Of a DNA stretch of 64,000 nucleotides, positions 1 to 10,653 are shown in pieces. Under the pieces are notes generated by a model, which was not told the DNA's origin, searched no databases, and saw nothing but the letters and a program-made list of their open reading frames with translations. Made by a program: the position numbers and the translations under genes. Source of the DNA: an uncultured Nitrospiraceae bacterium (GTDB lineage Bacteria > Nitrospirota > Nitrospiria > Nitrospirales > Nitrospiraceae); the NCBI GenBank assembly GCA_963730935.1, contig CAVSTP010000004.1, positions 928,001 to 992,000 of the forward strand. Direction: 5' to 3'. How positions within the stretch are numbered: the first letter of the stretch is position 1; the number at the start of each line of letters is the position of its first letter.

Positions 1-15
1 TAGGGAGCGTCTTTC

Positions 16-477
16 ATGCAAGCTTTAGAACTCAAAGTTCCACCGCCGGCGCTCATGCTGCTCTTTGCCGTCACCATGTGGCTGCTCTCAGTGTCTGTGC
101 CGTCGCTGGCATTGGCGTTGCCGTGGCGGATTCCCGTGGCGCTCATACTTTGGAGCGCAGGGATTGCGATCGCGCTGGCCGCGCTGTTCGAATTTCTCCG
201 GGCAAAGACCACGGTCAATCCACTCACTCCTGCAGCGGCGGCTGCCATGGTCACTTCAGGCATCTATCGGTACAGCCGTAACCCCATGTACGTGGGCTTA
301 CTGCTCGCGCTCATCGGATGGTGCGTGTGGCTTTCGCACCTCTTGGCATTTGCGCTGCTGCCCTTCTTCATACTGTACATAAACCGCTTTCAGATTGAAC
401 CGGAGGAGCGGGCGCTCTCGGCGAAATTCGGCGGACTCTTCAGGGATTATCGGCGTTCTGTCCGGAGATGGTTGTAA
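16..477 (+). CDS. Isoprenylcysteine carboxylmethyltransferase (ICMT/PEMT) family membrane protein
   Basis: Hydrophobic protein with GIYRYSRNPMYVG and QIEPEE motifs typical of the family. Confidence 0.85.
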   Translation: MQALELKVPPPALMLLFAVTMWLLSVSVPSLALALPWRIPVALILWSAGIAIALAALFEFLRAKTTVNPLTPAAAAAMVTSGIYRYSRNPMYVGLLLALIGWCVWLSHLLAFALLPFFILYINRFQIEPEERALSAKFGGLFRDYRRSVRRWL

Positions 478-568
478 GGCTCACGCCTCAGCGCTTGTCC
501 CTCGGGCAGCCGGCGCATCTAACCAATGGCCTCTGCTGCGCATTTCTCTTCCTGCTATACTGGGCGCG

Positions 569-904
569 ATGCGTACTCTGATTGGCCCTCATATGCTTCT
601 GATTGGCCGGTTTGCACTGCTGCTCTCCTTGTGGACCACGGCAGACAGCGTGATCGACCTTGTGTTTGAAGCGCCGGAGGCAACCTTGGGCGCTATAGCC
701 ACCGAGGAACCCGACAATGCCGCCGAACACGTGCTCATGCCTTCCGCACGGGCCGACAGTTCAACCGACGTCACTGTAGTCCTCTCCGCCGATCCCGATT
801 CTTCCTCTAGCATCGTTAGCGTTTCGACTCGAATAGCCGCCTCTTCCGTTGATCATCCTCCACGAAACAGCCCCGTTTCATTCTCCGTCCCGCTCCGCAT
901 CTGA
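569..904 (+). CDS. Small hypothetical protein
   Basis: Hydrophobic N-terminal segment, Ser-rich tail ending PLRI, directly upstream of the Omp85-like gene; start uncertain. Confidence 0.45.
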   Translation: MRTLIGPHMLLIGRFALLLSLWTTADSVIDLVFEAPEATLGAIATEEPDNAAEHVLMPSARADSSTDVTVVLSADPDSSSSIVSVSTRIAASSVDHPPRNSPVSFSVPLRI

Positions 905-982
905 ACCATTACAACGTCTCTCTGTCCTGCGCCGCACGCAGTAGCGGCCAGGCATGTCATTTTTTCATGACGGAGGCCTGTA

Positions 983-2290
983 ATGCGATGTCGATTCATT
1001 ATTGCCCGTGATCTGTTCGTCTTCTTTCAACTGTGTCTGACGGCAAGTGTCATCCTTACGCTGAGCCTGTTCCTCTCCGTCGGAACTCTCCGAGCGGCAA
1101 CCGGCCTTGCGGACAGCGATCCCATGCGGATTGAGCAGATATATGTCGATGGACTAATCCATACGAAACAGGACACCATCACCCGGCTCCTGCCTCGATC
1201 CCTGCCCGCTGAATTTACGAGAGTCGAGATAGAGGAATTTGAACGGCGTGTCCGGAACCTCAGCCTGTTCGACCACGTTCTGGTGGCGCGTGTAGAGGAC
1301 ACCCTGAACGTCGCGGTTCGGGAAAAGATCACGCTGGCGCCGATCCTTAACTTCACGAGCGGCAGCAGCCTCAAGGATTTAAACGCCACCGTCGGCCTCG
1401 TTGAATACAACCTCTTCGGCACCGCCACACAATTGGGCGGCCAGTTCAATTACAGCCAACGCGGCCCCAATGTGGATATCTGGCTGTCGCAGCACGCCTT
1501 CGAGCCAGGACGTTGGGCGAAGGAAATCAAGGGATCGTACAACGTCAACGGCATCCGGTTTGCCGATTCGACGTCGAGCTGGAATCGCGACCGCTTCGGT
1601 GGAGAATTGGAACTGAAGGGCCCCTACCGATATGGATCGCCGTTACGCTATGAAGTCGTCTTGAAGATGTATCGTGAGCTGGTCGAAGACGACAAGGGCG
1701 TTCAACGTCCGCCGGACGGATATTACGTCGGCCTGATTCCGGAACTGACCTGGGACAAGTATCACTGGCACGATCTTGTGCCGAGCGGATACCGGCTGGC
1801 GCTCGAATTACGTCCTGGATTCTTTTTCGGTGCGAATCAGCAGCGCCATGAAGGCCGCCTCCGGTATCTGCAGGGTATCCCGCTGGGACCAAGTACGGTG
1901 TTCATGATCAACAGCGTGGTGGAAGCGGTCAACAACAGCGGAAATCCCAATCACAGTGTACTCATCGGCAGTATCGCCGGCGTGCGGGGACTCTCCGACA
2001 ACCTCTACCGCAACCGTGCGCAGGGGTACACGAATCTGGAGCTCCGGCACGTCATTCAGGTAGCGCCGCGCTGGGCGGTGCAGGGGGTGTTGTTCTCAGA
2101 CTTTGGTGCGTTTCAAACGTTCACGGACCAGGGGACCTTGCGCGACTGGCAGGGGGCCGTCAACGGGGGAGCCGGATTTCGGATCATTCCGACCTTCCTC
2201 GCCAATACCCTCCTGCGGGTGGATTTCGCACACCTGTTTTCGCCGAGTCCCAATTCGCTGATTCAGGTCGGCATCACACAATATTTCTAG
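983..2290 (+). CDS. BamA/TamA (Omp85)-like outer-membrane protein with a POTRA domain
   Basis: Signal peptide, POTRA-like N-terminus, VRG motif, C-terminal QVGITQYF beta-barrel signal. Confidence 0.75.
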   Translation: MRCRFIIARDLFVFFQLCLTASVILTLSLFLSVGTLRAATGLADSDPMRIEQIYVDGLIHTKQDTITRLLPRSLPAEFTRVEIEEFERRVRNLSLFDHVLVARVEDTLNVAVREKITLAPILNFTSGSSLKDLNATVGLVEYNLFGTATQLGGQFNYSQRGPNVDIWLSQHAFEPGRWAKEIKGSYNVNGIRFADSTSSWNRDRFGGELELKGPYRYGSPLRYEVVLKMYRELVEDDKGVQRPPDGYYVGLIPELTWDKYHWHDLVPSGYRLALELRPGFFFGANQQRHEGRLRYLQGIPLGPSTVFMINSVVEAVNNSGNPNHSVLIGSIAGVRGLSDNLYRNRAQGYTNLELRHVIQVAPRWAVQGVLFSDFGAFQTFTDQGTLRDWQGAVNGGAGFRIIPTFLANTLLRVDFAHLFSPSPNSLIQVGITQYF

Positions 2291-2296
2291 GACGCC

Positions 2297-2698
2297 TCAG
2301 GGTTCTGCGGCGGCTTCGCTGGAGGGTTGTTCGGACGTCAGCCAGGCGAAGGCCTCCTCGAATTCACGGAAGGCTCTGAGTTGGTAGCCGCGATTGGTTG
2401 CGCAGAGTTCGAGAAATGCCGCCCGATCAAAGTTGTCTTTTGGACGGTTCAACACTGCCACCCGGTTCTCAGGGGTGACACCGATGGAGCCAAGATCTCT
2501 CGCCAGCGTCCAGACGTCTAGCATCGTGGAATGCGAGCTCGCTTCACGAGAGTCGATCAGGATACGGGTCATATTTTCGCGCTTGCAGGCCGCCATCAAC
2601 TCACCCAACATGCCACGGCTGGTCTTCAGATCTATCTCACCCGTGATGTCGGTTTTCATGAATTCCCGGATGGGAATTACTCGGACATCGTACGTCAT
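2297..2698 (-). CDS. Hypothetical protein, STAS/SpoIIAA-like
   Basis: ILIDSR...RVAVL...RAFREFEEAFAWL pattern. Confidence 0.55.
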   Translation of the reverse strand: MTYDVRVIPIREFMKTDITGEIDLKTSRGMLGELMAACKRENMTRILIDSREASSHSTMLDVWTLARDLGSIGVTPENRVAVLNRPKDNFDRAAFLELCATNRGYQLRAFREFEEAFAWLTSEQPSSEAAAEP

Positions 2699-2795
2699 CT
2701 AGGACCTGCCCCTGAAAGACATCCCCTGACCCCATTAACTGGACATGAGAGGGTGAAAGGGTAAGACCCTTTTCATGCAAAGATCAAGAGGCGGC

Positions 2796-3092
2796 TCAAT
2801 ATTCAAATGCGACATGATAGAGGGCCGGAACCATCTCGATCCCCAACTGTTCCAACTTCGCTTTCATCGGCGTGACGCTCTTCTCATAGGCCTTCCAATA
2901 CACCTCTTCGTTTTCCCATAACGCGACATTGATGAAGTTGTACCGGCTCTCCGGCTTGATGCTCCGATGGAACTTTCCACTGATAAACCCCTGTTGCGAC
3001 GTGATATTTGTTTTGACATCCTGCCACCACTTCACGAACTCGTGTTCCTTGCCGTGGGGCACCGAAAACACGTTGATCAACGTGACTGCCAT
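2796..3092 (-). CDS. Antibiotic biosynthesis monooxygenase (ABM) family protein
   Basis: VTLINVFSV...QGFISGKFHRS...FINVALWE; GGAGG RBS before the ATG. Confidence 0.8.
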   Translation of the reverse strand: MAVTLINVFSVPHGKEHEFVKWWQDVKTNITSQQGFISGKFHRSIKPESRYNFINVALWENEEVYWKAYEKSVTPMKAKLEQLGIEMVPALYHVAFEY

Positions 3093-3138
3093 GTGACCTC
3101 CGTTCTTCCGGCCGGGGCCGTAGCCATCTAGATAACGT

Positions 3139-3873
3139 TCACATCGCGACGCCACCTCCGGCCTGGATGGTATCGCCGGTGATCCACCCCGCCTCTTCGC
3201 TCACGACAAACGACACAACCTGAGCAATATCTGCCGGTGTACCGAGTCGTCCGAGCGGAGACGCCTGCACGCCGATCGTTTTGAGCTGAGGGTCGCTCAG
3301 CATGTCCGTCTCAGTATAGCCGGGAGAGACCGTGTTCACCGTGATGTTCTTGGCGCCAAGCTCCTTCGCCGCCACTTTGGTAAAAAACTCAAGGGCCGAC
3401 TTGCTGGCTCCATAAATGCTGATGCCCGGGAACGCCAACTTCGTCCCACCGGTGGAGATATTCACGATGCGTCCTCCATCCGCCATATGTTTTGCCGCCT
3501 CCTGAAGCGCAAAGAACTGTCCCTTCGCATTGACGGCAAACATCCGATCGTACTCTTCTTCGGTGGTGTCGACGATCGGCTTCGCCCAGAAGATCCCGGC
3601 GTTGTTGATGAGAATATCCAGGCGCCCGAAGGCCTTTTTCGTTTCCTGAAAGAGCCGTCGGATGTCATCGACCTTGCTCACGTCTGCCTGAACGGCCCTG
3701 GCAGTCCCGCCATGGGCCTTAATGCCGGCCACGACTTTCTCCGCCTCGTCCGCGCTCTTCGTGTAATTGACCACAATGGCGGCCCCATCCTTGGCCAGTC
3801 GCTCGGCAATGCCTCTTCCGATTCCGCGCGATGCGCCCGTCACGACCGCAACCTTTCCTTTGAGTGAAGCCAT
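3139..3873 (-). CDS. Short-chain dehydrogenase/reductase (SDR)
   Basis: TGASRGIG, NNAG, YGASK catalytic motif. Confidence 0.95.
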   Translation of the reverse strand: MASLKGKVAVVTGASRGIGRGIAERLAKDGAAIVVNYTKSADEAEKVVAGIKAHGGTARAVQADVSKVDDIRRLFQETKKAFGRLDILINNAGIFWAKPIVDTTEEEYDRMFAVNAKGQFFALQEAAKHMADGGRIVNISTGGTKLAFPGISIYGASKSALEFFTKVAAKELGAKNITVNTVSPGYTETDMLSDPQLKTIGVQASPLGRLGTPADIAQVVSFVVSEEAGWITGDTIQAGGGVAM

Positions 3874-4257
3874 GACACTCCTCCTCTCGCGTTGAGACAC
3901 TGTGAGTTGACGCTGTTCCGTGCTGCTGCGTCTCTACGAGAGGCCTACGCATAGACTATTCCAGCTTCATCACACCGTGACGATTTAGCAAGAGCCTGAC
4001 AAACCTGGAGAATTGCTCTGGATGGACGGGATCATCATCCTAGCCGTGCAAGTGCCGACCGAGACAATGACGTCATCTCGGCAGATGCCGAATCTTCGGC
4101 TCAAACGATTGTTGGTGGTCAGGATGCGATCAACCCGCAACTCATTGTAACGGAACGCTGGCATCGAGGACCATCACTCGGGGGTTCCCTTGTGGCAGAT
4201 AGCGGTCACGAGCCGTATGCTGAATGTGAACGGCTGAATGTGTACGAAGGAGGTGTT

Positions 4258-4632
4258 ATGCTCATACTACGCATGGCCCTCATTGGTATGGGGGTTTCCA
4301 CTCTTCTGATGTGGTCCAGCCAGAGCGTGGCTGCGGAGCCCTCTCCGCCCAATCCGGATACAAATCAGCCGCGTCAACTGGAAGAATTCAAACCATTGAC
4401 GGGCCTTGATAACACGCCAAAGGGAGGCACGCTTCCCGGTGGTACCTTGCCGGGCGGCACACTTCGGGGAGGAACGCTTCCTGGCGGCACGGTACCCGGA
4501 GGCACCCTGCCAGGCGGTACGTTGCCGGGCGGAACCCTTCCTGGGGGAACAGTTCCTGGAGGAGCCCTTCCAGGCGGGACGGTCCCTGGTGGTACCGTAC
4601 CTGGCGGTACATTAGCCGGCGGCCCATTATAA
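4258..4632 (+). CDS. Secreted low-complexity protein with 13 GGT(L/V)P pentapeptide repeats
   Basis: AGGAGG RBS, signal peptide, repeat conserved in protein while codons vary. Confidence 0.75.
   Translation: MLILRMALIGMGVSTLLMWSSQSVAAEPSPPNPDTNQPRQLEEFKPLTGLDNTPKGGTLPGGTLPGGTLRGGTLPGGTVPGGTLPGGTLPGGTLPGGTVPGGALPGGTVPGGTVPGGTLAGGPL
4423..4629 (+). repeat. Coding 15-nt tandem repeat (GGTLP x13)
   Basis: Visible in the translation; synonymous variation between units. Confidence 0.9.
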
Positions 4633-4654
4633 ATAATAGAAAAGGAACTTGCCG

Positions 4655-4930
4655 ATGAAACCGTTCATGATCGGAGCCGCAATAGTCCTGACGCTTGTCT
4701 CGCCGGTCTGGGCGGAGGAAGACCCTTCGCCGCAACCCAGCAAGGGATCATTGCGGGTCCAAGATCTGCCCAAACCGATCCCCGAGCTGCTCGACAAGAT
4801 CCAGCAGCTGAGTAGAAAGATTGAGCCAGAAATCTCCCGGATGGGCAGCACCCTCGGACAAGAGCTCAAGGTGACTGTCAAAAAACTCTGCGATGAACTT
4901 CAGTGTCAGGATCGATCGGAATCGAAGTAA
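4655..4930 (+). CDS. Small secreted hypothetical protein
   Basis: AAGGA RBS, signal peptide ending VWA. Confidence 0.7.
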   Translation: MKPFMIGAAIVLTLVSPVWAEEDPSPQPSKGSLRVQDLPKPIPELLDKIQQLSRKIEPEISRMGSTLGQELKVTVKKLCDELQCQDRSESK

Positions 4931-5159
4931 TTCTTCCATCCTCCGTTTCTCGATTCTCCCCCTCGTCCAAATGATCACCCCGCTCTGACGTCCTTCTTCC
5001 AGGGATTTCGCGTAATGCTTCTTGGATGTACGGGTGTAGGAGGCGCCAAATTGCCGTCCTGCTGTCCGTACCAGGGCATCGCTGCGCTGGTTGACGACTC
5101 TCAGCCGCTTGCTAAGCTTGAATGAGCGGTAGCTTTGATTCATCGACCCGGAGGACGCC

Positions 5160-5795
5160 ATGGACAGTCCACGATATGCGTATGCCGTTATTGGACTTGT
5201 TCTTATTCTCGGCGGATGCGGAGGCGGAGGAACGGTCTTTGCCCTAAAAGATCCCACCTATGCGGTGAAACCGACATCGGTCACGGTCATCACCGGCAGA
5301 TCCGAAGAGTCAGACATGAAACTCGCGGAGTATCTCACCCAGGAACTTAGAGATCGGACCCAGCTTAAAGTCATCGCTCAGGAGGAAGTCAGCAAAGCGG
5401 TCGCGAGTTATCCGATTGCGGTCAAGACGGTGGAAGAGAAAAACGGCGAGGTAGAATGGGTAGATCCGTCCGAGAAACCACGCCTCCAAAAGATCCAGTC
5501 GAAACTGAACACGAACTATGTGTTCGTGGTCTGGAGTAAACGCCTCAAGCAAACCTCCTACTGCTCGAGCCGCGGCGGATGTTCGAATACCTATTCCGCC
5601 GACGTCTATGGGAACATGCTCGAATACCCGAGCGGCCAGATCGTGTCCCACACCGCCTTTAATCGGCGAAACAGCGATAGCGTACTGGCTCTGTTCAGGT
5701 CCAAGGGCTACTACGTCGACGAACTGCTCAAGAAGTCCGCAGAAGATATTGTGGACGAGTTCATCAAGGTCACCAACACCGGCAAGGGGAAATAG
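5160..5795 (+). CDS. Putative lipoprotein
   Basis: GGAGG RBS, lipobox LGGC. Confidence 0.75.
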   Translation: MDSPRYAYAVIGLVLILGGCGGGGTVFALKDPTYAVKPTSVTVITGRSEESDMKLAEYLTQELRDRTQLKVIAQEEVSKAVASYPIAVKTVEEKNGEVEWVDPSEKPRLQKIQSKLNTNYVFVVWSKRLKQTSYCSSRGGCSNTYSADVYGNMLEYPSGQIVSHTAFNRRNSDSVLALFRSKGYYVDELLKKSAEDIVDEFIKVTNTGKGK

Positions 5796-5809
5796 CAAGG
5801 GAGGCGTTT

Positions 5810-6400
5810 GTGTGGCGTTCATCCGTGATGCGTTTGGGGCCCCTCATTGGACTCATCGTCGCTCTGAGCGGCTGTTCAACCTTCCATCTGACCCAGGAAC
5901 CCTTTCAGCCGAAAGGCAAGAAACTGGCCGTCATCGCGGGAATGACCAACGACAGCTCGCTGAGCATAGCCCAGAGCTTTGGCGACGAGCTGGGAAAAAC
6001 GAGCATGTTTCAAGTACTGTCGCAAAAGCAGGTCGCTCAAGCCATTCCCAATTATCCGCAGTTGGTCAAGGGACCTTACAAGTCGGCCTACTTCGAAATC
6101 GACGTGGATTACGCCAAAACGGACTTGTCACGCGTGAAGGAACTGCAGCAGCACCTCGGCGTGGATTATGTCTATGTGCTGTGGGCGCCGGCCACCGTCT
6201 CTCACGGCAATTCGAGTTGGTTTTCGAAACATTATCTCGTGACGCAGATCGTGGCTCAGCTGTTCGAATCTCCAGACGGCAAGGAAGTCGGGCGCGGCCA
6301 GTATGCGGTCCGGGTGGACGATCAGACCCATCAGGTCTTATCGGATGACATGCGCCGTGTGGCGCTGGAAATGGCCGAGAAGACTCACACCTTGAAGTAA
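5810..6400 (+). CDS. Putative lipoprotein, paralogue of the upstream gene
   Basis: Lipobox LSGC; shares LQ.(K/H)L...YV.V.W with the previous ORF. Confidence 0.75.
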   Translation: MWRSSVMRLGPLIGLIVALSGCSTFHLTQEPFQPKGKKLAVIAGMTNDSSLSIAQSFGDELGKTSMFQVLSQKQVAQAIPNYPQLVKGPYKSAYFEIDVDYAKTDLSRVKELQQHLGVDYVYVLWAPATVSHGNSSWFSKHYLVTQIVAQLFESPDGKEVGRGQYAVRVDDQTHQVLSDDMRRVALEMAEKTHTLK

Positions 6401-7581
6401 CCAGCCCCGCTCGCTCGGATTCTCTGTTGCTCGATCGGTTGCCCTTCAGAACGACGTTCGTCTCCTCGAGCCCAAAACCCGTTCCTCGAAAGAGACCGCA
6501 TCATGTCTCGATAGTGGCTCGGGAACAGCCATTGGGTCACAGCGAGACATTCGAGGCCGAACGGCAGATAGCCGGCATACCCGAGTAATGGCATCTCGAA
6601 GAGTTGGAAACGATGCACGGAAGGGATGGCATACTCCCAATGAGCCAGGCTCTTGGAGTTCCACATCTCCCACCACCAGCCGCAGACCAGCGCCGCGACA
6701 GCCGCGAGCCACAATGAGGTCGCGTCCCCCTCTGTGAGCCGCGAGAAGATTGTCTCTTTCCCGCTGAGAATCTGCAGGGCGGTGATCAGCAGCAGCGGCG
6801 CTACCCATACGATTGGAAATAGGGCCTGTGGCCAAGTGCCGATTCCAATCAGCCCGGCGCATGCCAACATGACCAGCGCCCAACCCGCCCATTGCGGCAT
6901 CGACCAGCGGAGACTCGGCAGCCGGTCCATTCCTGCCGTGACGCCCGGCATCGAGGCCAAGAGTTCCATCGTGCTGAGCACAGCAGGCAGGACTGTCGAG
7001 AACGGCACGGTGGCATGAAGAACATATTGCCAGGGAGTCAAGATCTGCGGGCCGACGTAATACCAGTTCTGCACGAAGCGATTGAGATATTCAAAGCTCC
7101 ACCAGAATGCCGCGCTGGCTGGAAAGAGGGCGAGCACCAGGCGCGGCCGATTCAGCATCAGGCACTGTCCGGTGCGGCGGAGCGTCCAGCTGTTGACCAA
7201 GAGGATGTAGCCGAGCCATAGAGGCGTGAAGGTGTGGGGTTGGAGGGCCGCGAACCAGGGAAAACGATTCCAGGCCAGCACCCATGAACACATCGTCAGG
7301 ACTGCCCCAAGCCAGCCCCACCAGGGGAACACAAAGGCGCGCTTCACCGGCTCAGGCCACGAGACGCGTGACCTCCCTATGTGCACGACCACCGATCCGA
7401 CCGGCAACGCAATCAGCAGTGCCAGTCCAAGAAAAATCGGCCAGGAGAACGGCGTAGGATGGACAAATCGGGGCTGTGGTGGAAATTTGAGATAGGGCTC
7501 AATGGGCTGACCGGTAAGAACAACGCCGAGGAGCGGTAATCCGACGAGAAGCGCCATTCCGAGGAAGACATTCACAATCAA
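6385..7581 (-). CDS. Conserved polytopic membrane protein
   Basis: Many TM segments; WWSFEYLN and FEMPLLGYAGYLPFG motifs. Confidence 0.7.
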   Translation of the reverse strand: MIVNVFLGMALLVGLPLLGVVLTGQPIEPYLKFPPQPRFVHPTPFSWPIFLGLALLIALPVGSVVVHIGRSRVSWPEPVKRAFVFPWWGWLGAVLTMCSWVLAWNRFPWFAALQPHTFTPLWLGYILLVNSWTLRRTGQCLMLNRPRLVLALFPASAAFWWSFEYLNRFVQNWYYVGPQILTPWQYVLHATVPFSTVLPAVLSTMELLASMPGVTAGMDRLPSLRWSMPQWAGWALVMLACAGLIGIGTWPQALFPIVWVAPLLLITALQILSGKETIFSRLTEGDATSLWLAAVAALVCGWWWEMWNSKSLAHWEYAIPSVHRFQLFEMPLLGYAGYLPFGLECLAVTQWLFPSHYRDMMRSLSRNGFWARGDERRSEGQPIEQQRIRASGAGYFKV

Positions 7582-7730
7582 TGGGGAATCTGGTCAGATC
7601 GCTTGATCGATCAGTATGACCCTTGATGGCCGCTTTCGCAATTGAGTCCTACGCCGAGTCATGGGTGTCGGTCCTACGTCGATCATCTGGTATCGTAGGG
7701 ACGGGCACGCATTCGGGCAAGGGGGGAGAA

Positions 7731-8252
7731 GTGGATATCCTTTCACACGGATTGTGGGGTGCGATTACCTTCGGGCGCAGAAGCCGGCCAAGCTTCTGGC
7801 TGGCCTTTGTACTCGGCTTGGCGCCGGATCTTCTGTCCTTCGGTGTCTTGTATCTCGCCGTCGCGCTCGGCATGGCGGAGAGACCTGACTTCAGCCATGG
7901 AACACCGGCGGAGTCTTCCATTCCTCAGTACGTGCATCATCTCTACGATGTCACGCATAGCTTGATGATCTTCCTTGCCGTGTTTCTCGTCGTCTGGGCC
8001 GTCCGAAAACGGCTGGTGTGGGAACTCGGAGCCTGGGGTCTGCATGTGCTGGTTGATGTGCCGACACATTCCTCCAGCTTCTTTCCTACTCCGGTCTTCT
8101 GGCCGCTTTTCAGTTGGAAGTTCGACGGCTGGCAATGGATGAACCCCGCCATCCTCGTTCCCAATTATGTGTTGCTCGTCTTGTGTTATGCCTGGTTCAT
8201 TTCCCAGTCTTTCAAAGCCGGAAATAGCCGGAAGCCGGAAACGCCAAGGTAA
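7731..8252 (+). CDS. Membrane-bound metal-dependent hydrolase (YdjM-like)
   Basis: SHG, APD, THS, LHVLVDVPTH motifs; GTG start after GGAG. Confidence 0.75.
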   Translation: MDILSHGLWGAITFGRRSRPSFWLAFVLGLAPDLLSFGVLYLAVALGMAERPDFSHGTPAESSIPQYVHHLYDVTHSLMIFLAVFLVVWAVRKRLVWELGAWGLHVLVDVPTHSSSFFPTPVFWPLFSWKFDGWQWMNPAILVPNYVLLVLCYAWFISQSFKAGNSRKPETPR

Positions 8253-8316
8253 ACTCTCTGTGAATGGCCGGAGGGAAGCGCCGAGTGCGCCCTAGAGGGG
8301 AACTGAGAGTCGTGCT

Positions 8317-8982
8317 TCAGCGAAATGAGCGGTGGAGATGCAGAATGGCGGTCGAGAGGGCCTGATCGAGCGCCGCCTGCATGGCAGGACGCAATTCGTA
8401 ATCGCTCGCATACTCGCTCCATTCGCCGGAGACCGGCACCGGCGTCGCAGTCACGACATCGTGGTAGAGCACCTCGCCGCTTTCCAATGAAATGATCTTG
8501 CTCGAGACAACGAAGGGCGGCATCTTCCCATACATGCGGGCCAGTAGCCGTTCCCTCCACGTCGGCCCTTCTATGCGAAAGAGGACCATACTGTCGGCAC
8601 CGATCCATTTTCCTACCCGAACCGCGCTGTCGTCCGCCACTCTGCCGGAGAGCTGAAAGCGCTGTTCCTCCGTGGCCTGATCCACATTGCGCCGATCAAC
8701 GATCTTGATCCAAGACCGCTGTCGCTTGAGTTGAAAGGTGGCTTCCTCGAGTCTGGTGTACCCGTACGCAAGTTCCTGCTCCCCTGCTCGGGGATACCAG
8801 ACGGCCAAGCGCCGCACGTGCTGGGGCACCGGCATGTCCGTGGTCATGAGTTCAAGCGGAAAAGGATCGGCCGCAACAGGAGTCGGCGTCGGAGGCCGGC
8901 AGCCGGTCTCCAGCGAAAGGCTCAACACCGCAGCGGCGGCCGTTGCGAAGACAGACGGCAGGCGTTGCACAGAGGTTCCCAT
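8317..8982 (-). CDS. CsgG/HfaB-like lipoprotein
   Basis: IVDRRNV...EQRFQLSGRV...VRVGKWIGAD pattern; start uncertain. Confidence 0.55.
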   Translation of the reverse strand: MGTSVQRLPSVFATAAAAVLSLSLETGCRPPTPTPVAADPFPLELMTTDMPVPQHVRRLAVWYPRAGEQELAYGYTRLEEATFQLKRQRSWIKIVDRRNVDQATEEQRFQLSGRVADDSAVRVGKWIGADSMVLFRIEGPTWRERLLARMYGKMPPFVVSSKIISLESGEVLYHDVVTATPVPVSGEWSEYASDYELRPAMQAALDQALSTAILHLHRSFR

Positions 8983-9222
8983 AGCCCATGCTACGAGAAT
9001 GAACGAGAACACTGCTATCCTACGGAAGGATGGAACACCGACCTATGGTAGGCGAAGGTTCCCAGAGGGAGCAAGAAGCTATCGGGCAGAACCTGCGTGC
9101 TATATGCGGTCAACGATGTTGCTGGTCATGATATCGACCTGGGCTTGCCAGGATCGGAGAGAACCTCTTCCAGCGGCTGTAAGGCCTCGGCTGGTAAGAG
9201 GTTCTCACTGATCTGACGTTTC

Positions 9223-10347
9223 TCAGGCCGTCCCGTGAGGCGTCACCAATTCACTGGTCGTGAGGTGCGCCCGTCCCACCGCGCGCAGCGATCGGCTGTT
9301 CGCCAGCGCATGTGCGCGGGCCGGCATCGTCGCCATCCGCTCATAGACCTCGAGATAGTCCCTGACCATCCGCTCCACCGTGAAGCGGCGTTGGAATGCC
9401 TCGCGGCAGGCCAGCCGGTGAATGAGCGGCAGCTCATCGATCTTCGCGACCATTTCGGACAGGCTGTCACAAACGAATCCCGTCACACTGTCTTCGATGA
9501 TCTCTGGAATTGAGCCGCGGCGGTAAGCGAATACCGGGGTGCCGCAGGCCAGCGCTTCGATCAAGACGATGCCGAACGGCTCCGGCCAGTCATACGTGCA
9601 CAGCACGGCGGCGGCGTTACCGAGAAAATCGCACTTCTCCACATCGTTGATCTCGCCCAAATACTCGATCAGCGGATGATCCAGCAATGGCGCGATCTGC
9701 GTGTCAAAGTACTCCTGATCGGCGGGATCGACTTTCGCAGCAATCCGCAGCGGAATACCAACGCGCTTCGCGATCTCGATCGCATGATCCGGCCGCTTTT
9801 CAGGGCAAATCCGTCCAAGATAGGCCAGGTATTTTCCCGGAGTAGGGTGAAATTCATACAGATCCGGCAATCCATGGTAGACGGTCGCCTGCCAGTTGGC
9901 ATTGGGCAGCGGCAGACGTTGGGCGTTCGAAATCGAGACGAGCTGCATGTCGGCATATTCGCGGAAGATAGGGACGAGCTCGGGCAGGTCCAATCGCCCA
10001 TGCAACGTCGTCAATACCGGCGTGGGGCAGCGCCGGCTCATGGGAAAACTCAAAAAATCGAGATGAGAGTGGATAATGTCGAATTGATCGGCCTCGGCAC
10101 CCAGAGCCTGCTCCTGCATGAGAATAAGCGGCGCATCCCGATTCACCAAGCCCTTGTTCAGCCGAAGCGCGTGAGGGCAGGCGGGCTTCAAGCAGGCTTC
10201 GGTTTGCGAATCTCCGCTGGCAAAGAGCGTCACATCATGGCCCTGGCGGACGAGCTCTTCTGTGAGATAGGACACCACCCGCTCAGTGCCCCCATAGAGC
10301 CGCGGCGGCACGCTTTCCCAGAGAGGTGCGATTTGTGCGATTTTCAT
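9223..10347 (-). CDS. Glycosyltransferase family 4
   Basis: PPRLYGGTERVV, GRICPEK, EPFGIVLIEALACGTPV. Confidence 0.92.
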   Translation of the reverse strand: MKIAQIAPLWESVPPRLYGGTERVVSYLTEELVRQGHDVTLFASGDSQTEACLKPACPHALRLNKGLVNRDAPLILMQEQALGAEADQFDIIHSHLDFLSFPMSRRCPTPVLTTLHGRLDLPELVPIFREYADMQLVSISNAQRLPLPNANWQATVYHGLPDLYEFHPTPGKYLAYLGRICPEKRPDHAIEIAKRVGIPLRIAAKVDPADQEYFDTQIAPLLDHPLIEYLGEINDVEKCDFLGNAAAVLCTYDWPEPFGIVLIEALACGTPVFAYRRGSIPEIIEDSVTGFVCDSLSEMVAKIDELPLIHRLACREAFQRRFTVERMVRDYLEVYERMATMPARAHALANSRSLRAVGRAHLTTSELVTPHGTA

Positions 10348-10653
10348 GTGGACCGTCCTTTCAAATTGGCAATGGGTCAACGTTTCAACCGAGAAGGCTA
10401 GCTGTTTGAGGGAAAGTGCACGCGGCATGCCACTCTCCTCCACGCGCAACCTATTGGCCTGCCGAATGTTTCCGTCACACTAGAGGTTTGCCTAGCTGCC
10501 CCAGCCTTCGATCCGAAGTGGGAAAACACCACATAGCCAAGTTACCAGGGCGTCCAGACGATCAAGTAATCCTTTTCTTCCTCCTTGGGGACGTTCCGAG
10601 GGCTGAGGGACGGGTATTAACGGTAGAGTCAATAGAGAAGAAGGAGGTGTCTC

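Noticed and set aside
4423..4629. Regular repeat as a CRISPR array
   Set aside because: 15-nt units without spacers, varying at third codon positions; it is a coding repeat, and there are no cas genes.
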